64,000 bases of DNA from Spirochaetia bacterium (GTDB lineage Bacteria > Spirochaetota > Spirochaetia > WTKD01 > G963693115): positions 96,001 to 160,000 of the forward strand of contig CBDDCA010000004.1 of NCBI GenBank assembly GCA_965226055.1, given 5' to 3'. Shown here piece after piece: positions 52,401 to 60,273 of the stretch. How positions within the stretch are numbered: position 1 is the first letter of the stretch; the number at the start of each line of letters is the position of its first letter. The notes beneath the pieces are model-generated. The model saw only the letters and a list, made by a program, of their open reading frames with translations. It was not told the origin of the DNA and did not search any database. The translations under genes were made by a program, and so were the position numbers.

Positions 52401-54068
52401 GCAACAAATAGCGACAAGCTCTTTCCTGCAGGCTTTTACACCGATGTAACAGAAATAAAGGAAATCTATACTTCCAAAGCAGTAGCACCCAGCCAGTCAT
52501 TACTGACAGGAAAGCTAGTAGTATCACAGTCAACAAATACTACAGGCACAATAAAGCTGGTACTTACCGAGCTAAATACATTTACAGGAGCAAAAGACTA
52601 CGATGGCACAAGCATAACAGCAAATGACAAGCTAGTATACACAGTGTATGGCTTACAGAAAGACACTGACCCTAGCATAGCAGAAGTACTTGCAGGCAGA
52701 AAGATAAACCTAGGCAGTGCAACAAGCGGAGTGTACACAGTACCAGCCCTTGCCAGTTTAGGCTTGTCATCAGACACAGCACCAGTAGTAGCAATAAAAG
52801 GAGCGACAAAGTATTACTTTGTGGTAGAAGTAGCAGTAAAAACAGATACAAGCAAGAAAGTAGCATCCTCAACAGTGGCAAGCGTAACAACCGCATCGCA
52901 GGCGACTGCCCCCGCAGAAGTAACAAGCATACAAACAAGAGTAGCCCAGACAGGTATGAGAGTATCGTGGACAGCTCCCAGCCTCAGTGCAAGCCACAAA
53001 GCAAATACAGGCGATGCCCTAACAGTAGCACAAGTATCGTACAAAGTATACAAAGTAGCCAAAAGTGGCAGTGCAAGAAGCGTAACAGCGATAAAAAATG
53101 CAGACTCAAGCCCCACAACAGTAGCAGCAGGAACAACAAACACTACCCTGACAGGATTGACAAATGGAACGACCTACGAAATAGTAGTACAAGCAGTAAA
53201 CAGCACCGATCCTACAAAAGCATCGACAGGAGAACGCCACGAGTTTGAAGTAAGCGCAATATCTATAGGAAATACTAGCGTAGTATCAGCAGAAGTAGGC
53301 AAAACACCAGCAATAAATACTACAAGAGTACTTACCAGCACACCCAGTGGCAATGCCTTTACCTGTGATGCCAATATACAAGAGGCAGATGCAGAGAAAA
53401 TCAAAAAAGAAACAGGCCTTACAGTATCGTTTGATCAGAGTAGCAAAACAGTTACCATAACAGGCATAGCAAATAAGTCCAATATACGAGACACAGCTAT
53501 TACTGAGTATAGCTATGATGTAGCACAGTGTACCCTTACTGCATCAAAGAAAAAAGTACCAGCCACTATCGTTATACAGACAGATATAAGAACAGCACCA
53601 TCAGGAAAAGCAGAGGCCTATTACAGACCAACAACAAAATCAGCACTACAAACTATTATCAGTGAAGAAAAGACAAGGCAAGCTACAGGAGGGAAGAGTA
53701 GCAACCCTAGCCCCAACCTCAACATGATAGACACCAGTGCTATTACTGATATGAAGGGTTTATTTTTTGGTGATAGAACTTTTAATGGAGACATAACACA
53801 GTGGAATACAAGTAGCGTAATGAGTATGAATGGTATGTTCTCTGGAACTATAAAGTTTAATCAAAATATAAGCGGGTGGGATGTCGGAAATGTTACTAAT
53901 GCATACAGTATATTTAATGTTGCCACGGCATTTAATCAAGATTTATCATCGTGGAGAATGTGTAAAATTAAACCAAACTCAGCTGATATTCACTCTATGT
54001 TTTTATTAGCACCTTTAACAGCAGATAAGTACCCAAAATTTAAGGGATCTCCACAGTGTAGCACATAG
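49476..54068 (+). CDS. Large surface lipoprotein with fibronectin type III repeats and a C-terminal DUF285/BspA-like repeat domain
   Basis: RBS aaggagg; lipobox LVLVGC then a Ser/Gly tether; FN3 motifs (W.AP...Y...GL...TEYTV); C-terminal DTSAITDMKGLF, FNGDITQWNTSSV.SM..MF, FNQNISGWDV, FNQDLSSW. Confidence 0.88.
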   Translation: MIHRDLQAVKIGGGGVHSRYKQNLTILAVLAMTTLVLVGCAESSSSSSGGGGTPVTPTLASVSNVQIQVAGNDGMLSLRWQAPSEATHVVVKATSTTPAQSIQVRVPAIEYRALFQQNRPYTLRGLHATTDYTVEIEAQKSDSGSDTEVSPKTTRSVTTLSDETAPQDTFTQVAVESATNGIKITWDKALLSLGKTDIAEAIIQVIESTTNVKKEVTVQDVTQGEVTIAVPTIDGISYDVTVVYRDSNGNESTAKQALRGIVPSALSQTVTPLSASDLTVTANDKSNSPADESLLIKWDDKDDSFDFSNKSLQVRVIATATNTVVAEETIDKDTSATNVSGASADNQEYATVYVAKDGIALTKLYGTLTYKVEVYVFKNGKYSTAVSKEQATTDKSTEPVSNVSAVGGATSIVVGWQAPDVRDYAGVSITATEKDSSTAAKTVTITERTVRNTQIPGLKATTEYTVAVVSMDSAGNKGTEATATVATAADSTAPDAVTSIQASYPFVSAAKIGTQITWTAPDTTKANNKDIKEYSVSIAEKGTSTTVLSEKKIPYPTTSLSVEELTQGKTYTITILTLDYSENKSTQATKDITTPNSLTAPSEDLFQNKPTLDKTGAIQIKATFKQAPGIGRYYTLRMKDGANLIAEKSITNTATTISFGIADGVEVPKSQANAKNYRFDFLQIANNRVSPVTALSDAVAVYDSTSTAPPAPKDAKLTVESVTQTTAKAVYTFSAGDITDTNKAPSGAKLTQAQIQYKVYIAAGDHSTKTLDEIKALAGVQTRELAGDSTPLKATFIGTKGADYTAGVEAINSLNPAYSIGASVTIKKATLTAPPSTPKVTTYTNSNAVVFAVPTTGSNRGKKVITVQLNASAIAGVSKANGNALEATDLAYYVLYLKKEDTTGKPASVSALWAVEKSSVKVAKYVKATGTTQDTISIAIVDSTSGSNAGATPIETAKDYYIGVRIVNTTSPNYDATNSDKLFPAGFYTDVTEIKEIYTSKAVAPSQSLLTGKLVVSQSTNTTGTIKLVLTELNTFTGAKDYDGTSITANDKLVYTVYGLQKDTDPSIAEVLAGRKINLGSATSGVYTVPALASLGLSSDTAPVVAIKGATKYYFVVEVAVKTDTSKKVASSTVASVTTASQATAPAEVTSIQTRVAQTGMRVSWTAPSLSASHKANTGDALTVAQVSYKVYKVAKSGSARSVTAIKNADSSPTTVAAGTTNTTLTGLTNGTTYEIVVQAVNSTDPTKASTGERHEFEVSAISIGNTSVVSAEVGKTPAINTTRVLTSTPSGNAFTCDANIQEADAEKIKKETGLTVSFDQSSKTVTITGIANKSNIRDTAITEYSYDVAQCTLTASKKKVPATIVIQTDIRTAPSGKAEAYYRPTTKSALQTIISEEKTRQATGGKSSNPSPNLNMIDTSAITDMKGLFFGDRTFNGDITQWNTSSVMSMNGMFSGTIKFNQNISGWDVGNVTNAYSIFNVATAFNQDLSSWRMCKIKPNSADIHSMFLLAPLTADKYPKFKGSPQCST
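49509..49521 (+). repeat. G13 homopolymer (simple sequence repeat) in the leader of the lipoprotein gene
   Basis: atc-ggggggggggggg-tacac; currently in frame. Confidence 0.9.
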
Positions 54069-54088
54069 TGGGAATATAAGAGATACAC

Positions 54089-54129
54089 ACATATGGCAAG
54101 AAAGGAAATGCTCCTTTCTTGCCATATGT
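54089..54129. terminator. Perfect 18-bp stem-loop downstream of the lipoprotein gene
   Basis: acatatggcaagaaagga-aatgc-tcctttcttgccatatgt. Confidence 0.75.
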
Positions 54130-54173
54130 TAAGTAGACTATTATGTGGGATATATAGTAACATAGGCATAGGT

Positions 54174-54839
54174 ATGGTAATAAAATATAAGCAATTATGG
54201 GGATTTTTATTATTATTCTTTTATATCAGTAGTACTGTTTTTTCCCATATTATAACAACAGAGTTCTCAGCAGGATTTCTTTTCCGATATTTTATATGGA
54301 ATGGTATTCAATATATATTTTCTTATGGTTTTTATCATATATTATGTATTCTTGGAATTGTATGTGTCATACAATCACGTACTGCTAGTATTCAACAAAT
54401 AGTATTGTTTTTCGTAGCGTATTTGTTTTCTCTCTTTTGGGGAGCTAGTAGTAATGTTGTTATTCCTCAGTACTATAGTAGCATAATTCTGTTTCTTTCT
54501 CTTGTATTCTTAGGGGTTGGAAATGGTATAGGAATGAGATATCCTAAGTATCGTTGGCTTTTTATTCTATTTTTGGGATATATGTACGGTACAGATGCTG
54601 CAAGTAGTATGAAAAGTCTCTATGCTCCATTGTTATTTCACAGCACAAATAACACTGTGAGTGTTCTGGCGTTTGCTATTGGTATTATAGTAGCATTGCT
54701 CAGTGTAGTGGGCTTGGTATATATGATAGTATTTCCTTTCCGTAAGTATAAAGCCCTTGTGTTTCGGTATGTAAATTTCACTATTGCAGTACTAGGAGTA
54801 CTATTACTATTACAGTCCATAATAGGAGGGTTACTATAA
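54174..54839 (+). CDS. HupE/UreJ-like membrane protein (divergent)
   Basis: F..GI.YI...G..H.L and GY.YG..A pattern with multiple TM helices; ORF-track start 54093 lies in the hairpin. Confidence 0.6.
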   Translation: MVIKYKQLWGFLLLFFYISSTVFSHIITTEFSAGFLFRYFIWNGIQYIFSYGFYHILCILGIVCVIQSRTASIQQIVLFFVAYLFSLFWGASSNVVIPQYYSSIILFLSLVFLGVGNGIGMRYPKYRWLFILFLGYMYGTDAASSMKSLYAPLLFHSTNNTVSVLAFAIGIIVALLSVVGLVYMIVFPFRKYKALVFRYVNFTIAVLGVLLLLQSIIGGLL

Positions 54840-55001
54840 CCGCTGTTATAAGACAAAGGCATATCTTAACAAACTATAGAATGCATTCCTTTTTATATTT
54901 CCTTGCTCTTTTCTACTCCTTTGTCACTCATAATAATGTGTTTCGTGTATACATCATACAGTGACATTTTCAAGTTTTTGTTACAAAAGGGATGTATTGT
55001 A

Positions 55002-55030
55002 TTGACCATAAGGCTATGCTATGATATAGT
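55002..55030 (+). promoter_or_regulatory. Sigma70 promoter for tRNA-Gly and the PUR gene
   Basis: TTGACC-17 bp-TATAGT with TGn, 10 bp before the tRNA. Confidence 0.65.
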
Positions 55031-55040
55031 AATAGTAAAT

Positions 55041-55112
55041 GCGAGCGTCGTATAGCGGCTATTATATCAGCCTTCCAAGCTGAGGATGCGGGTTCGATTC
55101 CCGCCGCTCGCT
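55041..55112 (+). tRNA. tRNA-Gly(UCC)
   Basis: GCGAGCG/CGCTCGC acceptor stem, TCAGC-CTTCCAA-GCTGA anticodon arm, GGTTCGATTCC; CCA not encoded. Confidence 0.97.
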
Positions 55113-55154
55113 ATAGTATTGAAATTATTGCAAAAAAATTTAGCAGGGGGAAAT

Positions 55155-55418
55155 ATGAAATTACGGGGAGAAATTTACTCAGATAAGTATAGTACTTCAA
55201 ATGGTCGTAGAACGTATTTTTTTAATGTCAAAAAAAATAGAGAAGGCGATCTTTTCTTAAATCTTGTCGAGAGCATGAAGAAATTTGATGGTCGTTTTGA
55301 TAGACAAGAAATTATTATCTATGAAGAGCATATAGAAGAGTTTAGAGACGCTTTTAATAGGGTTATTGACGAATTTATTGTCCTAAAGCAAAAACACAGT
55401 AAAGATTCATCTGAATAG
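55155..55418 (+). CDS. PUR-domain (DUF3276) nucleic-acid-binding protein, BpuR-like
   Basis: GEIYS....RTYFFNVK.NR.GD.FLN.VES......F.R..I.IYEE; RBS aggggg; ORF-track start lies in the tRNA. Confidence 0.88.
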   Translation: MKLRGEIYSDKYSTSNGRRTYFFNVKKNREGDLFLNLVESMKKFDGRFDRQEIIIYEEHIEEFRDAFNRVIDEFIVLKQKHSKDSSE

Positions 55419-55449
55419 TATTCATCTGAATATTTAGTTGAATATTTAG

Positions 55450-55486
55450 TACAGGTATCTTATTACGATACCTGTATATTTTCTTT
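55450..55486 (+). terminator. Intrinsic terminator after the PUR gene
   Basis: tacaggtatc-ttattac-gatacctgta followed by tattttcttt. Confidence 0.7.
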
Positions 55487-55557
55487 CCATTCTCTTTATT
55501 GTTATAGTATATCGTGAGTATGCTTGTTCTATGTAGATACAGTATACAAAGTAATGT

Positions 55558-56457
55558 TTATATACTCACTTTTAGTTGAGATAATAAGTCCTTTGGTAGC
55601 TTATGGTGTGGTCTAGAGCCTAGTAAATATGCAAGGAACATAGCACGTGGAGCTGAATCTGATCCTGCTATGATATTACTTTGCATTAGTTTCATGAAAT
55701 CAAATTTTTCACGTAATAGTAAAAGAATACAATAAGGAAGATTACTTCGAATATCACATCCTAATCCAGCATCTTCTATTAACAAACGGGTACTTTTGTC
55801 TGTTGACGCAAGTGCTTGTCCTTTTTTAATAAGATCAATCAGTTCTGTATCATTTGTTTTACTATTAGCATACTGTATTGTTTGTTCTATACTGTACTCG
55901 TTTGATACTGCTATGCTAGCATGTATAAGCCATTGTATGCCTGCTCTAATAAGGGCATGATTATGGGTCATATCACTTCTTTTTTGTATTGATGTAATAA
56001 TATCTTCTGCACTGTTGTCAGCATGAGATTGTACGATAAGAGATACTCCACACAGTACTCCACAGAAATCGGTACTCGTAGTGTAGTATGGAGTTATGTT
56101 TTTTTGTAAATTTTGGAGTGTACTCTTTGTGCTACCATCTTTATGTCCATCATAGTTTTCTACAAACTGCTGCCAAGATTTGCTGTACTCATCAGTAGAA
56201 AAAGAGCTATTGTTCTTTCCATAATGATATAAATGTAAAAGCATGTCACCATAATGGCTTTGTTGTCCCTTCTCTTTGCTAGCAAAATAAGTGTTATATT
56301 TTCCTGAATTAAGCATAGAGAGATCAATAGAACCATTTTCAATAAGAGTATCTATGTTTTTTAAATCATAGTTCCAATGCAAAGGCATTGTATATGAATC
56401 AGCTACGAGTATATGTTGTAAAAGATTTTGTATATTTAGGTTTTTAATAGTATCCAT
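55558..56457 (-). CDS. ADP-ribosylglycohydrolase (DraG/ARH) family protein
   Basis: VADS...LHWNYD, QSHYGD, MTH, GCD, NIIAGSDSAPR. Confidence 0.75.
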   Translation of the reverse strand: MDTIKNLNIQNLLQHILVADSYTMPLHWNYDLKNIDTLIENGSIDLSMLNSGKYNTYFASKEKGQQSHYGDMLLHLYHYGKNNSSFSTDEYSKSWQQFVENYDGHKDGSTKSTLQNLQKNITPYYTTSTDFCGVLCGVSLIVQSHADNSAEDIITSIQKRSDMTHNHALIRAGIQWLIHASIAVSNEYSIEQTIQYANSKTNDTELIDLIKKGQALASTDKSTRLLIEDAGLGCDIRSNLPYCILLLLREKFDFMKLMQSNIIAGSDSAPRAMFLAYLLGSRPHHKLPKDLLSQLKVSI

Positions 56458-56552
56458 ATTTGTATTATAGTATATTTATTCTGTTTTTGCTCCTTTGTCA
56501 ATTTAATGCTTGAACTTTTGAATTTGAATTTTCAAATAAAGCACTTTTTTTA

Positions 56553-56581
56553 TTGACTTTTATTGATTTTTATATTATTAT
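56553..56581 (+). promoter_or_regulatory. Sigma70 promoter for tRNA-Thr/Tyr
   Basis: TTGACT-17 bp-TATTAT, 11 bp before tRNA-Thr. Confidence 0.65.
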
Positions 56582-56592
56582 AAAGAAAATAC

Positions 56593-56666
56593 GCCATCTT
56601 AGCTCAGCTGGCTAGAGCACGTGACTTGTAATCTCGGGGTCGTCAGTTCGAATCTGACAGATGGCT
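56593..56666 (+). tRNA. tRNA-Thr(UGU)
   Basis: GCCATCT/AGATGGC acceptor stem, anticodon loop CTTGTAA, GTCAG-TTCGAAT-CTGAC. Confidence 0.96.
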
Positions 56667-56671
56667 AAACA

Positions 56672-56753
56672 GGGGAGTTTCCCGAGCGGTCAAAGGGGGC
56701 AGACTGTAAATCTGTTGGCGTCGCCTTCGCAGGTTCGAATCCTGCACTCCCCA
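56672..56753 (+). tRNA. tRNA-Tyr(GUA)
   Basis: GGGGAGT/ACTCCCC acceptor stem, GCAGA-CTGTAAA-TCTGT, long variable arm, GCAGG-TTCGAAT-CCTGC. Confidence 0.97.
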
Positions 56754-57027
56754 AAATGTATTGCAAATATATTGCGTAATGCTTGAATTATTGAAAGAAA
56801 TGTGTAGATCTAATAATAGAGAAGGAATAAGTATCGCAGTCGTGTTTTGTATTACGTTAATAGTAAGTTCTTAGTTTTTATCTGTTTTTCTTTTAGTATT
56901 TATTGATTTTATATGATTGTAATGATAGCATTAAATATGTGTGGTAGTATATATGAGAGATATGTACTATAGTGTATAATGAAATTATACCAGAGGTATA
57001 ATAAAATATATTATTTTTGTTACAAGT

Positions 57028-57990
57028 ATGAAATTTTGTTGTAGAGGAGTTAGAGGATCTCGCACTGTTATCAATACAGTTGAAGACTATATGCATAATT
57101 TTGCACGATTCTTTCTGTCTCTTGATAAGCACGAGCTTCTTTCTCTTGGTGATGATTTAGAGTCAGTGAAGAAGCATTTCTATTCGGTGTCTTCGCGTGA
57201 AAAAATGCATTCGATACTAGGATATGGTAATAATACTCCTTGTGTTGAATTACAGTGCGGTGATAAGGATACATCTTTTATTTTTGATCTTGGAAGTGGT
57301 GCCAGTAATATTGTTCTTCCTGAGCACTTAAAGTCAGTCCATATATTTTTTTCGCATTTTCATTATGATCATATTATTGGTATTCCTTTTACAAAATTTT
57401 TACAAAGAAAAGATATTGATATTCATTTTTATAGCCCTGTTGAAAATTTTGAAAAAATAGTTCGTGATTATCTACAACCGCCCTTTTTTCCTATTGATTT
57501 AGATATAATTACAGGGTACAATAAAAAAGTATATTTTCATTCATTACATGGTAAAAAGAGTATAAGCATAGCTGGAAAAGATATAACATGGATGGAGCTT
57601 AATCATCCTGGTGTTTCTTATGCATATAAAGTGAAAGATGGAAGCAAATCATTTTGTTATTTTACTGATGTAAATATAATAGATGACTATTTTCTTGCAT
57701 CGGAAGAAAAAAATGTATTTTTGGATACTATTGATAGTATGATTATTGATGCATCACTTAATTTTGCTGATTCATTGCAGAAAAGATCGTGGGGACACAC
57801 CAATATTTATGAAGGAGTAAATTTTGCAACGAAATGGGGAGTAAAAAAAATATATCTTTTTCATTATGATCCAGAAGATAGTGAGCTTGCAATTAATATA
57901 GGATATCAAACTGCTCTTTGGTATAAGAAAATGGTGTCTTCAAATACAAAAATTTTTCTTTCTCATGAAGGTCAGTGGGTTACCGTATAA
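57028..57990 (+). CDS. Metallo-beta-lactamase-fold hydrolase
   Basis: GVRGS, YGNNTPCVE, FDLGSG, SHFHYDH (HxHxDH), NHPG, WGH, LFHYDP. Confidence 0.9.
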   Translation: MKFCCRGVRGSRTVINTVEDYMHNFARFFLSLDKHELLSLGDDLESVKKHFYSVSSREKMHSILGYGNNTPCVELQCGDKDTSFIFDLGSGASNIVLPEHLKSVHIFFSHFHYDHIIGIPFTKFLQRKDIDIHFYSPVENFEKIVRDYLQPPFFPIDLDIITGYNKKVYFHSLHGKKSISIAGKDITWMELNHPGVSYAYKVKDGSKSFCYFTDVNIIDDYFLASEEKNVFLDTIDSMIIDASLNFADSLQKRSWGHTNIYEGVNFATKWGVKKIYLFHYDPEDSELAINIGYQTALWYKKMVSSNTKIFLSHEGQWVTV

Positions 57991-58239
57991 TTGAAAGTAA
58001 CAGATTCTTCTTTAGAGTCAAATATGCATACTCTCTTATGTGATGAAAAAGAATTAAAAGAAATGTATGTTGTTCTCTGTTCTTTTGAAAATTTACCGAG
58101 TAGTTTATGGAATTTGCAAAAAAGAATAGGAAAGTTACTTACAAAGAAAATAACGGTACATGAATTACTTACAATGAAGAGTAGGATGAAGCATCTATTC
58201 CTTGGGACATTGATTGAAAAAAATGAGAAGTTAGATTGA
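57991..58239 (+). CDS. Hypothetical protein, 82 aa
   Basis: TTG start abuts the upstream stop and the ORF ends at the dnaG start; fills the operon gap exactly. Confidence 0.5.
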   Translation: MKVTDSSLESNMHTLLCDEKELKEMYVVLCSFENLPSSLWNLQKRIGKLLTKKITVHELLTMKSRMKHLFLGTLIEKNEKLD

Positions 58240-58241
58240 TC

Positions 58242-60149
58242 ATGAATTCATTATTAAACAAAGGCTTTATTTCTAAGCATATTATAGATGAGATTGAAAG
58301 AAAAATTGACATAGTATCAGTCATTGGACGCTATGTTGCACTTCATAAACGAGGAGGGAAATATTGGGGATTAAGTCCTTTCAAAGTGGAAAAGACTCCA
58401 TCGTTTACTGTTGATCCTGTAAAGAAATTATATTACTGTTTTAGTACACAGCAAGGAGGGAATGTATTTACTTTCATTAAATCTGTTGAAAATGTCAATT
58501 TTGTAAATGCTGTACATATACTGGCAAAAGAAGCAGGAGTTGTTATTCCTGATGTACAGTATTCTTCTACAGGGAAAGACCAAGATGAAAATAGTATCTA
58601 TGAGAGAGCGCTTAAGATACTATCGTATATAAGTGAGCAGAGTGTTGCTATGCTATCTCATGATCCACAGGCTTATACAGTGAGAGAATATCTTCATAGA
58701 AGAAATATACATCAGGATAGTATACAACGCTTTCGTTTGGGCTATGTTCCATCTAAAAGAGATTGGGCTTATCAGCTTTTGAAGCAAAAAGGATTTAGTG
58801 ATCATGAAATGGCATCTTCTGGGTTATTTAGTAAAAAATCTCCGCAATACTGTCTTTTTACACAGCGATTGGTGTTTCCTATTATGAAACTATACGGACA
58901 AGTTGTTGGTTTTGGAGGACGTTTATTAGAAGGAGAGGGACCTAAGTATCTTAATTCTCCACAAAGTAGCTTTTTTGAGAAGAAACAAATGGTGTATGGC
59001 TTATATGAGGCTACACAAGGAAAATATAATTTTGAAAAACTTTATGTAGTTGAGGGATATTTTGATGTTATTGCTATGCATCAAGCTGGTATCACTAATA
59101 CAGTGGCTCCGTTAGGTACTGCATTTACTGTTGAGCATGCACGAATACTACGAAGGTTTACGGATACCATCGTACTGGTGTTTGATAATGATGAGGCAGG
59201 GAGACAAGCTGCATTGCGTGCAGCAACTATATGTGAGAGCATAGGGTTTCGTGCTATTCGTACAGTAGATCTTCCAAAAAAAGATGTGGCTGATATTCTA
59301 CAAGAGTATGGAGAAGGAGGCGTAAGAGATGAAGTACTTGAAGATAGGGATTTTTTTGATTATTATATTGATAGGTTGCTTTTAGGACAGAACGAAAGTC
59401 AAGAGTATAGAGAAAAGGCTTTGTTAGAGATAAGTTCGTATATTTCTGGTGTGTCACTAGGGTATAGAAAGGAAATGTATCTTGCAAAGGTTACACAGTT
59501 ATTTGGAGTAACAAAAGCTACATTACAGGGGATTATGAAATATATGCTAAAACAAAGGGGGGACGGAAACAGTACTCATTATGAAGAACAGCATGATTCT
59601 ACTGGCGTAACACAGCAGAAGCCGAGTAAAAAAGTCCCAAAAACAGCTGAGTTATTGTTTGTAGCAGCATTAAGTTATAATCTTACAAATTATGAGGTGA
59701 TAAGACGAGAGATAGCAGCAGATGATTTACTTGATAGTAATGCAAAGCATGTGTATCTGAAAATAGAAGAATTATACAGAACAGATACTCTTAGTTTTAC
59801 AGAGTTAATGGAACAAATTGATCAAGATGTGGCTACTGCTATTCGTACCTTAGTGTTTAGCGGAGAAGTTTCAAGGTATGCTAATGTGTTAGTGACAGAG
59901 TTTATAGATAAGCATAAAATATTAAAATATCGACATAGAAGTAATGAAATAAATAGGTTGCTTGCAATAAAAGAGCAACAGCTTGTTCAACAAAATGCCT
60001 TGGGTGATGGTAATGTTTTGTTAATGAGAAAGGAGATGAAGGAGCTTTTAGAAGAGAAAAAGTATATTAGTACTATGCTGTTGCACCTAAGTAAAAATAA
60101 AGGAAATGGCAGTAATAGTAATGGTGGAAAGACATATTCTTCGGTATAA
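58242..60149 (+). CDS. dnaG: DNA primase
   Basis: GLSPFKVEKTPSF, FGGR, PKYLNSP, VVEGYFDV, APLGTA, FDNDEAG. Confidence 0.96.
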   Translation: MNSLLNKGFISKHIIDEIERKIDIVSVIGRYVALHKRGGKYWGLSPFKVEKTPSFTVDPVKKLYYCFSTQQGGNVFTFIKSVENVNFVNAVHILAKEAGVVIPDVQYSSTGKDQDENSIYERALKILSYISEQSVAMLSHDPQAYTVREYLHRRNIHQDSIQRFRLGYVPSKRDWAYQLLKQKGFSDHEMASSGLFSKKSPQYCLFTQRLVFPIMKLYGQVVGFGGRLLEGEGPKYLNSPQSSFFEKKQMVYGLYEATQGKYNFEKLYVVEGYFDVIAMHQAGITNTVAPLGTAFTVEHARILRRFTDTIVLVFDNDEAGRQAALRAATICESIGFRAIRTVDLPKKDVADILQEYGEGGVRDEVLEDRDFFDYYIDRLLLGQNESQEYREKALLEISSYISGVSLGYRKEMYLAKVTQLFGVTKATLQGIMKYMLKQRGDGNSTHYEEQHDSTGVTQQKPSKKVPKTAELLFVAALSYNLTNYEVIRREIAADDLLDSNAKHVYLKIEELYRTDTLSFTELMEQIDQDVATAIRTLVFSGEVSRYANVLVTEFIDKHKILKYRHRSNEINRLLAIKEQQLVQQNALGDGNVLLMRKEMKELLEEKKYISTMLLHLSKNKGNGSNSNGGKTYSSV

Positions 60150-60273
60150 TTTTTATTGTACTGATAGTTAAAAAAATAGCTAAAAAGATAGTTAAAAAAG
60201 ACAGCAAAAAAGGATGGATTTACTATAATATATAGGTATATATATGCACTATAAACATAAAAAAGGATAGCGT

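Noticed and set aside
49424-53404. Numerous antisense ORFs over the lipoprotein gene
   Set aside because: By-product of the T-poor coding strand (few TTA/CTA/TCA), giving low-complexity V/L/S/A translations.
53700-54160. Diversity-generating retroelement target (variable C-terminus plus hairpin)
   Set aside because: No reverse transcriptase, no template repeat and no adenine-specific paired repeat in the window.
55086-55154. ORF-track start of the PUR gene
   Set aside because: It lies inside tRNA-Gly; an RBS and ATG are at 55155.
28673-56457. pncB + nadE + ADP-ribosylglycohydrolase as an NAD-reconstitution or anti-defence system
   Set aside because: The genes are more than 10 kb apart among housekeeping loci; ordinary NAD salvage explains them.
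55041-56753. tRNA-anchored genomic island or prophage
   Set aside because: No integrase, no duplicated tRNA 3' end and no phage genes.
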